Shown: positions 28,427 to 38,233 of the stretch, piece by piece | Numbering within the stretch: position 1 is the stretch's first letter | Layout of the letters: each line of letters starts with the position of its first letter | Sequence record: ON528736 | Direction: 5' to 3' (one strand) | Length of the DNA: 64,000 nucleotides | From: Shigella phage ESh26 | The notes under the pieces: generated by a model | Told to the model about the DNA's origin: nothing | The model's database searches: none | The model's input: only the letters and a program-made list of their open reading frames with translations | Made by a program: the position numbers and the translations under genes

Positions 28427-29428
28427 TTACTTAATTAACTGTAAAGCTTGTTCAAGACGATCCAGGCGATTAACAGATTCTTCCCAAATCCTTTTAGCCT
28501 GCTCATATTCTTTCTGCGCTTTATTAGAAATTTCTAGAGCTTCTTTATAAGCTTTTTCTAGTGCAATAACTTCTGGACGAATTTCTAGCGGTTCAGGCGA
28601 ATCGTCAAGATTATCCATTAGTTCCTCAAGGGTAGTTTCTTCTTTAGGAGTATTCACAATTTCATCACATTTTTGTTGGTAAATTTCTTTATTAGTCGGT
28701 GAGTACGCACACTTTACTTCACGGAGACTAACTATAATTTTATATCCTTCCCAACCACACATATTTTTGAAAGGATATGTATGAATACTTTTTACAGTTT
28801 CCATACAATCCAAAGCCGTTTCTAATTGATGAGTTATAGTGCTAGCAATTGAGAAAAATTTATTAATATTCTTTTGGTTAGCTTCTGGTGTAAAAAATTC
28901 ATAATTCACAAAAATAGCTACTTTATTTTTATCAAGCTCATATTCTTTTACGATAATCATATCAGAAGCCAAAGGATGAATTTGACGATAATCACCATAA
29001 CATAATTTAGAAGCTGATTTTAAAAGTTGCTTCTTGAAAAGTCTGAAATTACTAATCCAACGACGAGTAAAAATATTCTTAGGGTCTTCTTTAATATTAA
29101 GATGATAAGAATTAACATCACCGAACCAATTGTATCCTATTACACCTTTAGTTCGTTTAATTTCTTTCCCAAAATTACCAAGAATATCCCGATTAACCAA
29201 ATATGAAAGAAGACGAGACCCTTTAAAGGTTATCTTAATATCATCTTTATCTACGCGGCTAGAAATTTCACGAACTTCATGAATAAATTTACTGGAAGAA
29301 ACAATACTTGCATCAATACTGCTGAGCCATTGATTGATAATAGAAAGAACAGCATTCTGACTAGACATGGGTTTAACTTTATCATCAATAACGCTATTGA
29401 ATGATTTGATATATTCGTTACGAGTCAT
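28427..29428 (-). CDS. paralog family protein B with C-terminal coiled coil
   Basis: 333 aa from ATG 29426-29428 (MTRNEY), GAGGAG SD and early promoter upstream. Confidence 0.5.
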   Translation of the reverse strand: MTRNEYIKSFNSVIDDKVKPMSSQNAVLSIINQWLSSIDASIVSSSKFIHEVREISSRVDKDDIKITFKGSRLLSYLVNRDILGNFGKEIKRTKGVIGYNWFGDVNSYHLNIKEDPKNIFTRRWISNFRLFKKQLLKSASKLCYGDYRQIHPLASDMIIVKEYELDKNKVAIFVNYEFFTPEANQKNINKFFSIASTITHQLETALDCMETVKSIHTYPFKNMCGWEGYKIIVSLREVKCAYSPTNKEIYQQKCDEIVNTPKEETTLEELMDNLDDSPEPLEIRPEVIALEKAYKEALEISNKAQKEYEQAKRIWEESVNRLDRLEQALQLIK

Positions 29429-29454
29429 AATAATCTCCTCAGTAGAAAGTAAGA

Positions 29455-29486
29455 ACATTATACCACATCCTTGTGGCAAAGTAAAC
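29455..29486 (-). promoter_or_regulatory. T4-type early promoter
   Basis: GTTTAC -35, extended -10 TGTGGTATAAT, GAGGAG SD before ATG 29428. Confidence 0.65.
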
Positions 29487-30511
29487 TAGTTCAGTGCATT
29501 TAGTGCATTGTTCAGTTTAGAACGTTGCTTTGTCAGATTTTGAACTCTTGACTGTGCTTGTTCTAACACCTTTTCAGCTTCTAACATTTCATTAGTTGCT
29601 TTAACAAGTTCATCATCTACTGCTTTAAGAGACTTCTCAATCGCATCGGCGTGCCATTTTTCTACAGGTTTAAAATTTGAATTTTCAGTAGGAAGAAAAC
29701 TCACTTTATTAAGTTTCCATGCATCTGTACTACTTGAACTGTACATCCAACATTTAGGATCGTTTGATGAGTAATTGGATAAATTTAAATTTAAGTTATC
29801 TTGCACTTCTTGCTTTTTCTCTTGTGTAACTTCGTCCTTTCTCAAAAATTCATATTTAAATGAAACGATCATATCAAGTTCATATGTTGTTGTGTCTAAT
29901 TTAAATCGTTCGAAATGTTGTGAAATCTTAGACTGAACAGCGGCAACAACATCCATATACTTAAATGCTTCTGTCAACTGCGATTTAAGGCATTCGCAAA
30001 TTGAAAGAGAATTTTTTGTATTAGGTTTAAAGCTAATTCGTGCAGTTCTGTTATTTTCTTTTAATGGTCTTACTTCCATCTGAAGAGTATAACCATCAAA
30101 TTTCAGGTTCTTTAAGTTAATGTCAGAACCTTTTAATCGACTAGCCGTCGACAAAATTTGCTTTAATTGTTTACGGAATAGAGCAATAAATCTCCATTCA
30201 ATACGATAATGATTTGGATTGAAAAATCCAGATGATAAATCGACCTTACTCTGACCAACGCCTTGAACAAATAGAGGATTTTTATAATCAATAGTTTTAC
30301 AGAAATCAATGAGCTGCTCACGAGCCGTCATTTGTGTAATATACCCCGCTTTACTAAAATGACGTAACCATTCACTGCTATTCATATATTTAAAGTGAAT
30401 ATCACGATTAACTTTATCAGGGTCTAAATTATTTTGGCACAAAAATGTCATAACATCACGAGTATAACTGGCATTACGAACCATATCTTCAATTTGAGAA
30501 CGAGTTTTCAT
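29486..30511 (-). CDS. paralog family protein C with C-terminal coiled coil
   Basis: 341 aa, N-term MKTRSQ, central W..F..LFRKQLK motif shared with B. Confidence 0.5.
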   Translation of the reverse strand: MKTRSQIEDMVRNASYTRDVMTFLCQNNLDPDKVNRDIHFKYMNSSEWLRHFSKAGYITQMTAREQLIDFCKTIDYKNPLFVQGVGQSKVDLSSGFFNPNHYRIEWRFIALFRKQLKQILSTASRLKGSDINLKNLKFDGYTLQMEVRPLKENNRTARISFKPNTKNSLSICECLKSQLTEAFKYMDVVAAVQSKISQHFERFKLDTTTYELDMIVSFKYEFLRKDEVTQEKKQEVQDNLNLNLSNYSSNDPKCWMYSSSSTDAWKLNKVSFLPTENSNFKPVEKWHADAIEKSLKAVDDELVKATNEMLEAEKVLEQAQSRVQNLTKQRSKLNNALNALN

Positions 30512-30519
30512 GGTGTTCC

Positions 30520-31431
30520 TTAAGATTTAAGTAAATCGACAATTTTAATTAACTTTTCACGCTCAGATTTAGCTTTACTACTCAGTCCAGATAGTCTGAA
30601 AATTTCATCATCATATTGTTGAATAGAAATATTCAGCTCTTCAATCTGTTTATTAAAATAATCAATTTGTTCAGAATGTTTTTCGTTACTACGAACTGGT
30701 ACAGGTTTCGTAGGCAATGTAGTTGAACTGGATTCATTCGGGCGATAAATTAAAATACAACTTGAACCAATAGGGCATTTTGCACCAGATGAATATTCTA
30801 ATGTTCCAGCTTCTTTTAAAACTTCAAAAGCTAAACAGAGATGATGCCCCATATTAACATAATCTGTAGAGTGAGCTCTGATGTAATAATCATCGCCACG
30901 AATACTAAATTTAAAGCATTTAAGGTCTTCTGTATTATTGGTCTTAAAAATCATTTGTTTATCTAGACCTTTAGCTAATCGAGCGCCCAATGCTAATAAT
31001 CGTCGTTGATTTTCCCACAAATCCGCAATCATTTGATCGAATGATAATTTCGGCATTAGTCGACCGTAAAGGTCATATCCTTTATTATAATTACGAAGGA
31101 TTTCACTCGCGTTAATACGAGACAACGCTCCAATTTTATTAAGGGCTTTCATAATGCGATTAGATAAACTCATTCCAGACCCATTTGTTCGCTGCAAATG
31201 TTTTTCTAATCCAAATCCAATATCAACTTTAAATTTATCTAAAATTTCGGCATGAACATCTTTATCAATAACATTCAAATCCAAAGTTGGGTTAAATCTA
31301 TGAAAAAATTTATCTGGCTCTGCACGGCGAAATACAGTCCATTCATTCATCATTTTTTTATTAACTAAAGATTTAATTACTGCATTGACATTATTAATTA
31401 CTACTGACATATTTTCCTCACTCAATTTCAA
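30520..31431 (-). CDS. paralog family protein D with C-terminal coiled coil
   Basis: 303 aa, same architecture. Confidence 0.45.
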   Translation of the reverse strand: MKLSEENMSVVINNVNAVIKSLVNKKMMNEWTVFRRAEPDKFFHRFNPTLDLNVIDKDVHAEILDKFKVDIGFGLEKHLQRTNGSGMSLSNRIMKALNKIGALSRINASEILRNYNKGYDLYGRLMPKLSFDQMIADLWENQRRLLALGARLAKGLDKQMIFKTNNTEDLKCFKFSIRGDDYYIRAHSTDYVNMGHHLCLAFEVLKEAGTLEYSSGAKCPIGSSCILIYRPNESSSTTLPTKPVPVRSNEKHSEQIDYFNKQIEELNISIQQYDDEIFRLSGLSSKAKSEREKLIKIVDLLKS

Positions 31432-31825
31432 TTTTACTAAATATACAGAATAAGATGGAACAGACTATATAAGCACCACACACAGATTGAACTAATGCCA
31501 TTCCAAAGAACCAAACAATATTATCAAACAATGTCTGTTTTACGTCGAAAGGACGTAAACTTACAGTAATATTATCACCTTTTTCTATTGAAGAATACAT
31601 CTCTGGGGAAATATATTCACTAAATCTATAACCGTCTTTGAGTTCATATACGGCAATAAACGATAAACTAGACCCTTTTCCTTGTGTTCCCGTAATGGTA
31701 TTAACTACAGTAACATCATAATCTTTATAGTGCATATAATCATTAATTGCGTAATAACCATATGCAACTACTACACATAAACAACATATCAATAAATTCA
31801 ATCTTTTAATTATCAACTGTTTCAT
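31418..31825 (-). CDS. membrane protein
   Basis: 135 aa, N- and C-terminal hydrophobic helices. Confidence 0.45.
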   Translation of the reverse strand: MKQLIIKRLNLLICCLCVVVAYGYYAINDYMHYKDYDVTVVNTITGTQGKGSSLSFIAVYELKDGYRFSEYISPEMYSSIEKGDNITVSLRPFDVKQTLFDNIVWFFGMALVQSVCGAYIVCSILFCIFSKIEIE

Positions 31826-31880
31826 AATAATCTCAATTAAAAGGGCTTAGAACCATTATACCATCCTTGGTATAAAGCGG

Positions 31881-32408
31881 TTATGCGAGTACCGTCTTTA
31901 ACCGTTCTTCAAACTTCCGAAGAGTATTTTGGCGTTCAGCTCTTTGCTTTTTGTAAGTTTCAATACGCTCTGAAATGAGAGTGTATCGTTCATTTACCGA
32001 TTCTTTCATAAAATCAGGAATTTCACGAGAAGCTTTAATCTCGTCAAATTTATCAATAACAGCTTGCTCTTCAGCAATTAAATTATCATACATTAAAATA
32101 TCTTTCTTGATGAACTCAATATCTTCTTGAGTTACACGAGATAATTTAGATGCTTTATCCTTTTTGTACTGTTCGTTAGTATCACGAGACCAGTGTAATG
32201 CACGATTTTTATTCGTATTTTTGTAAATTTCTACAATACCGATCTCATCAATAATAACGATCCAATTCCAACGGGATTTGTAAATTTGTCCTCCATCAAC
32301 AGTGATTTCACCTCCGATTGAGATGTCATTAAAGAACTTGCTTTGTGCTTCAGATTTAAATTTACCATCGTTATAATTTACCAAGTTGAAAATATCTTTA
32401 GCGTTCAT
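31881..32408 (-). CDS. hypothetical protein
   Basis: 175 aa, early promoter upstream. Confidence 0.45.
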   Translation of the reverse strand: MNAKDIFNLVNYNDGKFKSEAQSKFFNDISIGGEITVDGGQIYKSRWNWIVIIDEIGIVEIYKNTNKNRALHWSRDTNEQYKKDKASKLSRVTQEDIEFIKKDILMYDNLIAEEQAVIDKFDEIKASREIPDFMKESVNERYTLISERIETYKKQRAERQNTLRKFEERLKTVLA

Positions 32409-32433
32409 TTTGTGTTCCTCCGTAGTTGATAGT

Positions 32434-32466
32434 TGTATAGTACCACAGAGGAACAGTCTTGTAAAC
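32434..32466 (-). promoter_or_regulatory. T4-type early promoter
   Basis: GTTTAC -35, GGTACTATAC -10. Confidence 0.6.
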
Positions 32467-32468
32467 CA

Positions 32469-32771
32469 CTAAAAGAAACTTCTTTCACAATTTTTTCCAC
32501 TGAACCAGGCGCTCACTGCTTTCTTAGTCTCAGGAGCAGTGTTATCCATAAACCATTCAAAGGCAGCCTTTTTATGATTCTGGAGGGCTTCTCGGGCTTT
32601 AATCTGCTCACGGTCTATTAACACTAACATATGAGCCTTTCTTGACACCATGGGCTTCTTATGATTTTTTGAATACTCCCAGTCATTTGTCCATCGCATT
32701 GTCGTTGCGAACTGAAATACTGCTTCTTTAATTTTAGTTTCGTAAATTTCACGAGCCTTTGAGTATAACAT
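32469..32771 (-). CDS. hypothetical protein
   Basis: 100 aa from ATG 32769-32771 preceded by GGAGG. Confidence 0.4.
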   Translation of the reverse strand: MLYSKAREIYETKIKEAVFQFATTMRWTNDWEYSKNHKKPMVSRKAHMLVLIDREQIKAREALQNHKKAAFEWFMDNTAPETKKAVSAWFSGKNCERSFF

Positions 32772-32872
32772 CATTACCTCCATTCACCAGTTTAATTCTA
32801 GTCATCTTTTTAATGGCAGTCCATATAATCTATTTCTGAACTGCCTTTTTGTCATAGAAGTCCTCTTATGAA

Positions 32873-33841
32873 TTATTTCAGAAGAGTAACCTCAGCGATT
32901 TCTTCCCAACCGTTTTTGTCGGTCATAATAAAGTCAGCAAGATAAAGAGCAGTACGCAGTGAAACATTGCGTAAACGGTTAACATTAACTTTCATCCATG
33001 ATAATGCTTTATAAGTTTCTTCATCAGAAAGACCGCGCTTTTGCATCATGTCAGTTGAAAGAATAACATCTTCAACCCTGACCATAATTTCTTCATTAGT
33101 GTGAACACCCAAATCTAAATAAACCGAGCGGGACACTAATGCTTGTAAATGTGGAGCAAGTTTAGTACCACGGTCTAATTCGCGGTCAATGTCAACGTTT
33201 GTGATAAAAACAATCGTTCCTTTAAATTCAAACTCACGCTCAATGCCTTTTTCTTCTAAGTAAGAAGACGCAGTGCTCCAGCAGACTTTACGGGTCTCTC
33301 CAGTGTCCAGAGCGGCTTTTAGAAGATTAAGAATGTCCATATCAGAGAAAACATCCACATCGTCAATCAAAAGGACAGAATTCTCTTCACGATTATTCCA
33401 AAGCTGCTCATAAAGACCAATACCAGAGATTTTACCATTAATGCTTTTATATTCAATGTATCCAATATCATTTGCTTTATTTAAAGCTTTATCTAAAGAA
33501 TACGTTTTACCAATACCTGCTGCTCCTGAGATAATTAATGAACGAATATTTCCGTTAATAATACCATTCGTCATCATTCCCATAACATTAAATCTTTTAT
33601 TAATGCGGGTTTTCATATCTTCATACGATTCTTTAACTTCTTCAACTTTTACACCATCATATGAAATATCTGATTTGTAAACCCAAACACCGCGACGTTT
33701 ACCGTCAATTTCAACAAAAACTTTACCATCTCCTTGCGCATCTACCGGAGCATTATCTGGGAACCATTCGCCTAAGAGCTCAAAAGTTCCAGAGATTTCT
33801 TTACCGAAGTAGATACCCTTATTGATAGTTACAGTTTTCAT
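32873..33841 (-). CDS. P-loop NTPase (Walker A/B)
   Basis: 322 aa from ATG 33839-33841; GAAGIGKTYS Walker A, VLLIDDVD Walker B; early promoter upstream. Confidence 0.55.
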   Translation of the reverse strand: MKTVTINKGIYFGKEISGTFELLGEWFPDNAPVDAQGDGKVFVEIDGKRRGVWVYKSDISYDGVKVEEVKESYEDMKTRINKRFNVMGMMTNGIINGNIRSLIISGAAGIGKTYSLDKALNKANDIGYIEYKSINGKISGIGLYEQLWNNREENSVLLIDDVDVFSDMDILNLLKAALDTGETRKVCWSTASSYLEEKGIEREFEFKGTIVFITNVDIDRELDRGTKLAPHLQALVSRSVYLDLGVHTNEEIMVRVEDVILSTDMMQKRGLSDEETYKALSWMKVNVNRLRNVSLRTALYLADFIMTDKNGWEEIAEVTLLK

Positions 33842-33873
33842 TTTATTCTCCAAATCCGTATCAGTTGATAGTT

Positions 33874-33905
33874 GTATAGTACCATAAAGCTTTATGCTTG
33901 TAAAC
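33874..33905 (-). promoter_or_regulatory. T4-type early promoter
   Basis: GTTTAC -35, GGTACTATAC -10, identical leader GGATTTGGAGAATAAAATG. Confidence 0.65.
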
Positions 33906-33935
33906 TGTTCTGTGAAAAAATTTTGAAATAAAAAA

Positions 33936-33953
33936 GGGAGCCCGAAGGCTCCC
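33936..33953 (-). terminator. rho-independent terminator after NTase gene
   Basis: minus GGGAGCC-UUCG-GGCUCCC then UUUUUU. Confidence 0.7.
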
Positions 33954-33955
33954 TA

Positions 33956-34969
33956 TCATTTATAATAACTTCGGTGGTTTTCAAGATAAACCCTCTCAAG
34001 GAAGTCATCCCAGAAACCCATATCTACTTTTTGCTGCATACCGTTCTTAGAAGCTTCAATGGATGCTGCTTCTACTTGATCGACCACATCTTCCAAAAAC
34101 TCTTGAACAGTTTTAAATGGATGTTTACCCAACTTCACGTCGAGAATAAATGGAGCGTCTTGAAGTGGATAGACTAAGTCACCAGTTTTGTAAATTTCCA
34201 ATAGTTGGAGTCCACCACGACAAGCATGACTCAGAGCTTTCCAGTCAATGCCCTCATTCGCTTCAGCCTTACGAGCACGTTCGCCGTATTCAGCATCAAG
34301 TTTATTCAAAGATTGCTTAAGCTCGATAAGAGAAAGCGTTGTCTGATATTTACGACCCAACACAGTGTAGAACGTTTGTGGACCTGTTTTCTCATGATTA
34401 TGGAATACCCATTCACAGAATTCGTTTTCTGGAAGACGATGCTTAATATCTTCTACCTTAGTTCGACGTTGCTTAATAGAACCATCTTCTTGATAATCAA
34501 CCCATTGCTCAGGGATTTGATTAACTACTTTCAATACATCACGTAATGCGGCCAAACGAGAACCCTTAACACCGTATTTAGAAGCTTGCTTGCGAACATA
34601 TCCTAAATAGGATTTCATGTTAGTTGTATAAAAACGAGAACGATTGTCTTGAATAAACTTCCATACATCAGGCAAATCAGATTTAACTACCAGTTCAGGT
34701 GGAGTATGGAGCATATCCAATGCTACAGTTTCACCATCTGCTGCTAATTTAAAGAAATATTTAAGACTGTATAGTTCATGGTCAATATCATCTTTAGTGT
34801 TTTTAGATGATGTGTTGTTAGTGTTTTTACTCATATGCTCTTTAACATTTCCGATAAGAATATCACGAGCAGGAGGAACAAAGATTTCTTTAAAATCTAC
34901 ATCAGATTCTGGAGTAGAAGTTCCATAAAGATGACTACCAAAATAGCTTTTCATTACTGTTTTCATCAT
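33956..34969 (-). CDS. MNT/Pol-beta superfamily nucleotidyltransferase-like protein
   Basis: 337 aa; N-terminal FGSHLYGTSTPESDVDF fits GSx3Gx5SDxD signature; terminator follows stop. Confidence 0.5.
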   Translation of the reverse strand: MMKTVMKSYFGSHLYGTSTPESDVDFKEIFVPPARDILIGNVKEHMSKNTNNTSSKNTKDDIDHELYSLKYFFKLAADGETVALDMLHTPPELVVKSDLPDVWKFIQDNRSRFYTTNMKSYLGYVRKQASKYGVKGSRLAALRDVLKVVNQIPEQWVDYQEDGSIKQRRTKVEDIKHRLPENEFCEWVFHNHEKTGPQTFYTVLGRKYQTTLSLIELKQSLNKLDAEYGERARKAEANEGIDWKALSHACRGGLQLLEIYKTGDLVYPLQDAPFILDVKLGKHPFKTVQEFLEDVVDQVEAASIEASKNGMQQKVDMGFWDDFLERVYLENHRSYYK

Positions 34970-35439
34970 TCAGCCTTATATTCAATAACAGGACATACTT
35001 TAGCTTTACGTGCTTTTAAAAATTCGACGATAATAGATTTCTTGGGTTGAATAGGAGGTAAACCTTTATACGCTCTATCAATATTTTCTACATGTAAAGC
35101 ATAATCCTTTTTCCATTTATAATCTTTATATTTTTCATGCAGTTGTGCAGGAATAACAAATGAACCAATAATAAGTAAAACAAGCAAAATGGCAAGTATA
35201 AATGCTGATGGAATAAGAGTCCATAAACTACCAAAAATAAGCCATTTCTGTATGATTTCTGCGCAGATAATAGTTAGACCTGCGAGCATAGTACATCCGA
35301 ATAAAGAAACGAAAAATGTAGGGATAACAATAGACCAAAAATACGCGCACAGTGTCTTAGGTCGTTTCCATTCGTCGTTAAACATTTTGAATAATTTATA
35401 ATGCCAAGAGTTTTCATTAATAACCATAATTATAATCAT
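34966..35439 (-). CDS. multi-pass membrane protein
   Basis: 157 aa, 3 hydrophobic helices. Confidence 0.45.
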   Translation of the reverse strand: MIIIMVINENSWHYKLFKMFNDEWKRPKTLCAYFWSIVIPTFFVSLFGCTMLAGLTIICAEIIQKWLIFGSLWTLIPSAFILAILLVLLIIGSFVIPAQLHEKYKDYKWKKDYALHVENIDRAYKGLPPIQPKKSIIVEFLKARKAKVCPVIEYKAE

Positions 35440-35957
35440 CCTTTCATTGAAGGTGTAACAGTTGTTAAATACTTAATCATAGCTTCAGCTTCTGATTTTG
35501 ATAATGAAATTTCTCCATTGTTTTGACGAATAGAAATAAAATCCGGATGACGGTCACCACCAGCTTTTAAAATACACATATAAGTATCAGTTTCATCTTC
35601 AATATCTGAAATAATTGAAGCAGTTCCACATGAATGTGGTTTTTGATAAATCAATGCAGCTTTTCTTCCACCGTTTGACTGTTCATAAACTTTTAACACA
35701 TCAAACAAATCGCTTCTTTTATCAATAGCTAAGATGTTGTTTTCATCTTCAATGTTAAATCCTTCGGATACTTCATAAAGTGTCACCCATAAATCACCAA
35801 TATCAATAACAGCGTTCACCTTTCCATGATTTTCAAGCGTATGACAAATTTTCTTAATTTCATCATAACTCATTTTAATAATATCATCTCCTTGAATAAG
35901 AAAGATGTCATTTTTAAATTCAACACGAATTAAACCACTTCCACTTGAAATAAACAT
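35436..35957 (-). CDS. hypothetical protein, paralog of next gene
   Basis: 173 aa, C-term SKSEAEAMIKYLTTVTPSMKG. Confidence 0.45.
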   Translation of the reverse strand: MFISSGSGLIRVEFKNDIFLIQGDDIIKMSYDEIKKICHTLENHGKVNAVIDIGDLWVTLYEVSEGFNIEDENNILAIDKRSDLFDVLKVYEQSNGGRKAALIYQKPHSCGTASIISDIEDETDTYMCILKAGGDRHPDFISIRQNNGEISLSKSEAEAMIKYLTTVTPSMKG

Positions 35958-35963
35958 ATTTCC

Positions 35964-36530
35964 TCACTTTGAAATCATAGTTGGAATGACAGAATCAAGA
36001 TAAGTCTTTAGCGCAATAGCTTCGTCTTTAGTAAATGTAACAATATGCGATCGAAAATCGTCAATTTGACGAATAGTTAAGACATCTCCATCTTCATAGC
36101 ATTTTGACACATTTAAAACAGTTTCATCATTTTGATCGCACTGATCGCAAGCGTTAGTAATAATAGCATTGCAATTTTTGAGCCATTTTAAACTATGTTT
36201 TCTTTCATTAGAATAATAAAAATATTTAATGTAAGTTATAAAATTATCCCAATTATTAATTGATAAACACATTGACTCACTTTTAATATTAAATCCTGGG
36301 CATGAAGAATAAAAATGAATTTTGTGCTCATCATTGATGCTTACTATTTTATCAGTATAAGGATATTCAATTTGGGTTAAATGAATGATTTCACTAGGCA
36401 TAAAATACAGCATATCGTCTTCTTGTGTCAAACGATACATGTTATTTACTTTTTCTATAGCCAATTCGCCAAAAAGCGGACTAACTTCTAATACTAATCG
36501 TTTCATATTGATTCTCTTCGACTCACTCAC
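35964..36530 (-). CDS. hypothetical protein, paralog of previous gene
   Basis: 188 aa, C-term TKDEAIALKTYLDSVIPTMISK. Confidence 0.45.
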   Translation of the reverse strand: MSESKRINMKRLVLEVSPLFGELAIEKVNNMYRLTQEDDMLYFMPSEIIHLTQIEYPYTDKIVSINDEHKIHFYSSCPGFNIKSESMCLSINNWDNFITYIKYFYYSNERKHSLKWLKNCNAIITNACDQCDQNDETVLNVSKCYEDGDVLTIRQIDDFRSHIVTFTKDEAIALKTYLDSVIPTMISK

Positions 36531-36663
36531 AATTACATACTCCTTTGAATAATATCAATAATGTTGTTCACCAAATTATACGTAAACATTGGGTAATTAT
36601 ATTGAATCATCACATACACAACAAACAAAACTTTCATTCTCTTCTCCTTGGCAGTTGACAAGA

Positions 36664-36695
36664 TTACTATACCATAACCTTGCCAACTTGTAAAC
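36664..36695 (-). promoter_or_regulatory. T4-type early promoter
   Basis: GTTTAC -35, GGTATAGTAAT -10; drives small ORF 36533-36637 and the operon below. Confidence 0.55.
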
Positions 36696-36860
36696 CATTA
36701 AATGACGTTTTCAATAAAATTCTGAAGCTTTGTGTGAGCATCAACCATGATTTTCATTTCTTCCTTTGCGAAAGCTGTACCTCTTTCCCGAGCAGAATAC
36801 TCATAGTCAGAAACTGCGTTAGCATATTCTTCAATTAGCTTCATTAAAAACATCTGCTTT

Positions 36861-37055
36861 TCAGTTTTCATTATTCCACCTAATCATTTCAAGATATTGA
36901 ACTAACTTAGCTTTGGATTTATCCAAATCCTTTTTAGCTGCTTCTATACCATCGTATGAGTATCCTTCACAATGCTCAACTGCCAATTGGTATGAATCTA
37001 TTTCAATATCACGTGCTAATTTAATGATTTTTTCAAACTGTTCACGTGTTAGCAT
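36861..37055 (-). CDS. small acidic protein
   Basis: 64 aa ORF. Confidence 0.4.
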   Translation of the reverse strand: MLTREQFEKIIKLARDIEIDSYQLAVEHCEGYSYDGIEAAKKDLDKSKAKLVQYLEMIRWNNEN

Positions 37056-37057
37056 AC

Positions 37058-37297
37058 TTAAACTCTCGTATTATGATCGATAATTTCATCAAGAAACATA
37101 TCTAAAGCTTCTACAGCATTATCAACTTTAGCTTCAAGTTCTTCAGCACCTTTATTTGCAATGCCTGCCGAAAACCAAGCAAAGTCACTAAGTTCCTCAT
37201 CTGCTTTGCGAATTAAAGCTACCAATTCTTTAATTTTATCTGCTTGTTCAATGCTAATCATTATTCCACCACATATGAAAGAGAGAATATTGCACAC
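37058..37297 (-). CDS. small acidic protein
   Basis: 79 aa ORF. Confidence 0.4.
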   Translation of the reverse strand: MCNILSFICGGIMISIEQADKIKELVALIRKADEELSDFAWFSAGIANKGAEELEAKVDNAVEALDMFLDEIIDHNTRV

Positions 37298-37449
37298 GCC
37301 ATATGAGTTGCAGCTTCATCACACATACTATAGCGTTTCTTAAGAAATTCTACAAGTTCTTCACTAGTAACTTCATCCATGTCGACGAAAAAATCACCAT
37401 TAATGATGACGTAGATATTTCCTTCTTGATTAAGTGCTTCAATTTTCAT
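37261..37449 (-). CDS. small protein
   Basis: 62 aa from ATG 37447-37449 with SD; track start is TTG. Confidence 0.4.
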   Translation of the reverse strand: MKIEALNQEGNIYVIINGDFFVDMDEVTSEELVEFLKKRYSMCDEAATHMACAIFSLSYVVE

Positions 37450-37473
37450 GATGTTCTCCTCTTTATCCGATAG

Positions 37474-37507
37474 TTGTATAGTATCACAGCTCAAATGGAA
37501 AGTAAAC
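37474..37507 (-). promoter_or_regulatory. T4-type early promoter
   Basis: GTTTAC -35, GATACTATAC -10. Confidence 0.6.
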
Positions 37508-37522
37508 CGGTAAAATGAAAAA

Positions 37523-37540
37523 AGTCTCCCGAAGGAGACT
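37523..37540 (-). terminator. rho-independent terminator
   Basis: minus AGUCUCC-UUCG-GGAGACU then UUUUUU. Confidence 0.7.
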
Positions 37541-37544
37541 AATG

Positions 37545-37931
37545 TTATTCGAGGGAAAGAAGATATTTGCTCTGGTAAAACATCCCAGTAATATCATCTA
37601 TCGTGCTTTGAATGGCTGGAGGCATTTCTTTATAAATGCTGTTCGATTGGTCTAGTATGCGATCAATCATTTTAATTGTGTCGGTAGGAAGTTTACTGGC
37701 ATCTGGAATAGAAGGCGTGTATTTTCTACCAGAATACCCCAAATATTGCTCACCAAATTTATCAATCAAATCTGGCAACTCAGAGAAAATAAAATCGTAT
37801 GCTTTGTGTCTAGCATAACTTTTAGTTTCAAAATGTGCAGAATGAAAATAAGCTTGTGCAGCCATTAATAAACCTAAGTATTCATCTGCCTTTGAAGGTT
37901 TTCCACTTTGTGAAAAGTCGCTGAATTTCAT
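37545..37931 (-). CDS. hypothetical protein downstream of rI
   Basis: 128 aa, terminator after stop. Confidence 0.45.
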   Translation of the reverse strand: MKFSDFSQSGKPSKADEYLGLLMAAQAYFHSAHFETKSYARHKAYDFIFSELPDLIDKFGEQYLGYSGRKYTPSIPDASKLPTDTIKMIDRILDQSNSIYKEMPPAIQSTIDDITGMFYQSKYLLSLE

Positions 37932-38221
37932 TCAGTCTCCAATTTAATGTTCATAATTCTAGCGTATGATTGTGCCATCTCCGCGCCTCGCTCTATACAT
38001 TCAAAATCGGAAGAGCACGGGTCATTTTTATAAGTCGTTCGCATAAAACTATAGAACTGTTCAGATGATTCTACGCTTTTATTTTCAAAAAGCATATAAA
38101 CGTGTCTAATACCAGATTCCATAAATTTATCAAAATGAGGATCGACATTCGCTTCAATCGGTGGAGACAAAGCAAATGCTAATCCTAGCATGGCAAATAG
38201 TGCCGTTGCTTTTAAGGCCAT
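37928..38221 (-). CDS. rI: lysis inhibition regulator RI
   Basis: 97 aa MALKATALFAMLGLAFALSPPIEANVDPHFDKFMESGIRHVYML..., matches recalled T4 RI. Confidence 0.85.
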   Translation of the reverse strand: MALKATALFAMLGLAFALSPPIEANVDPHFDKFMESGIRHVYMLFENKSVESSEQFYSFMRTTYKNDPCSSDFECIERGAEMAQSYARIMNIKLETE

Positions 38222-38233
38222 AAAGGCCTCCTA

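Noticed and set aside
36655-36680. Plus-strand TTGACA hexamer suggesting a sigma70 promoter
   Set aside because: No acceptable -10 element at 16-18 bp spacing, and the same DNA forms a minus-strand early promoter.
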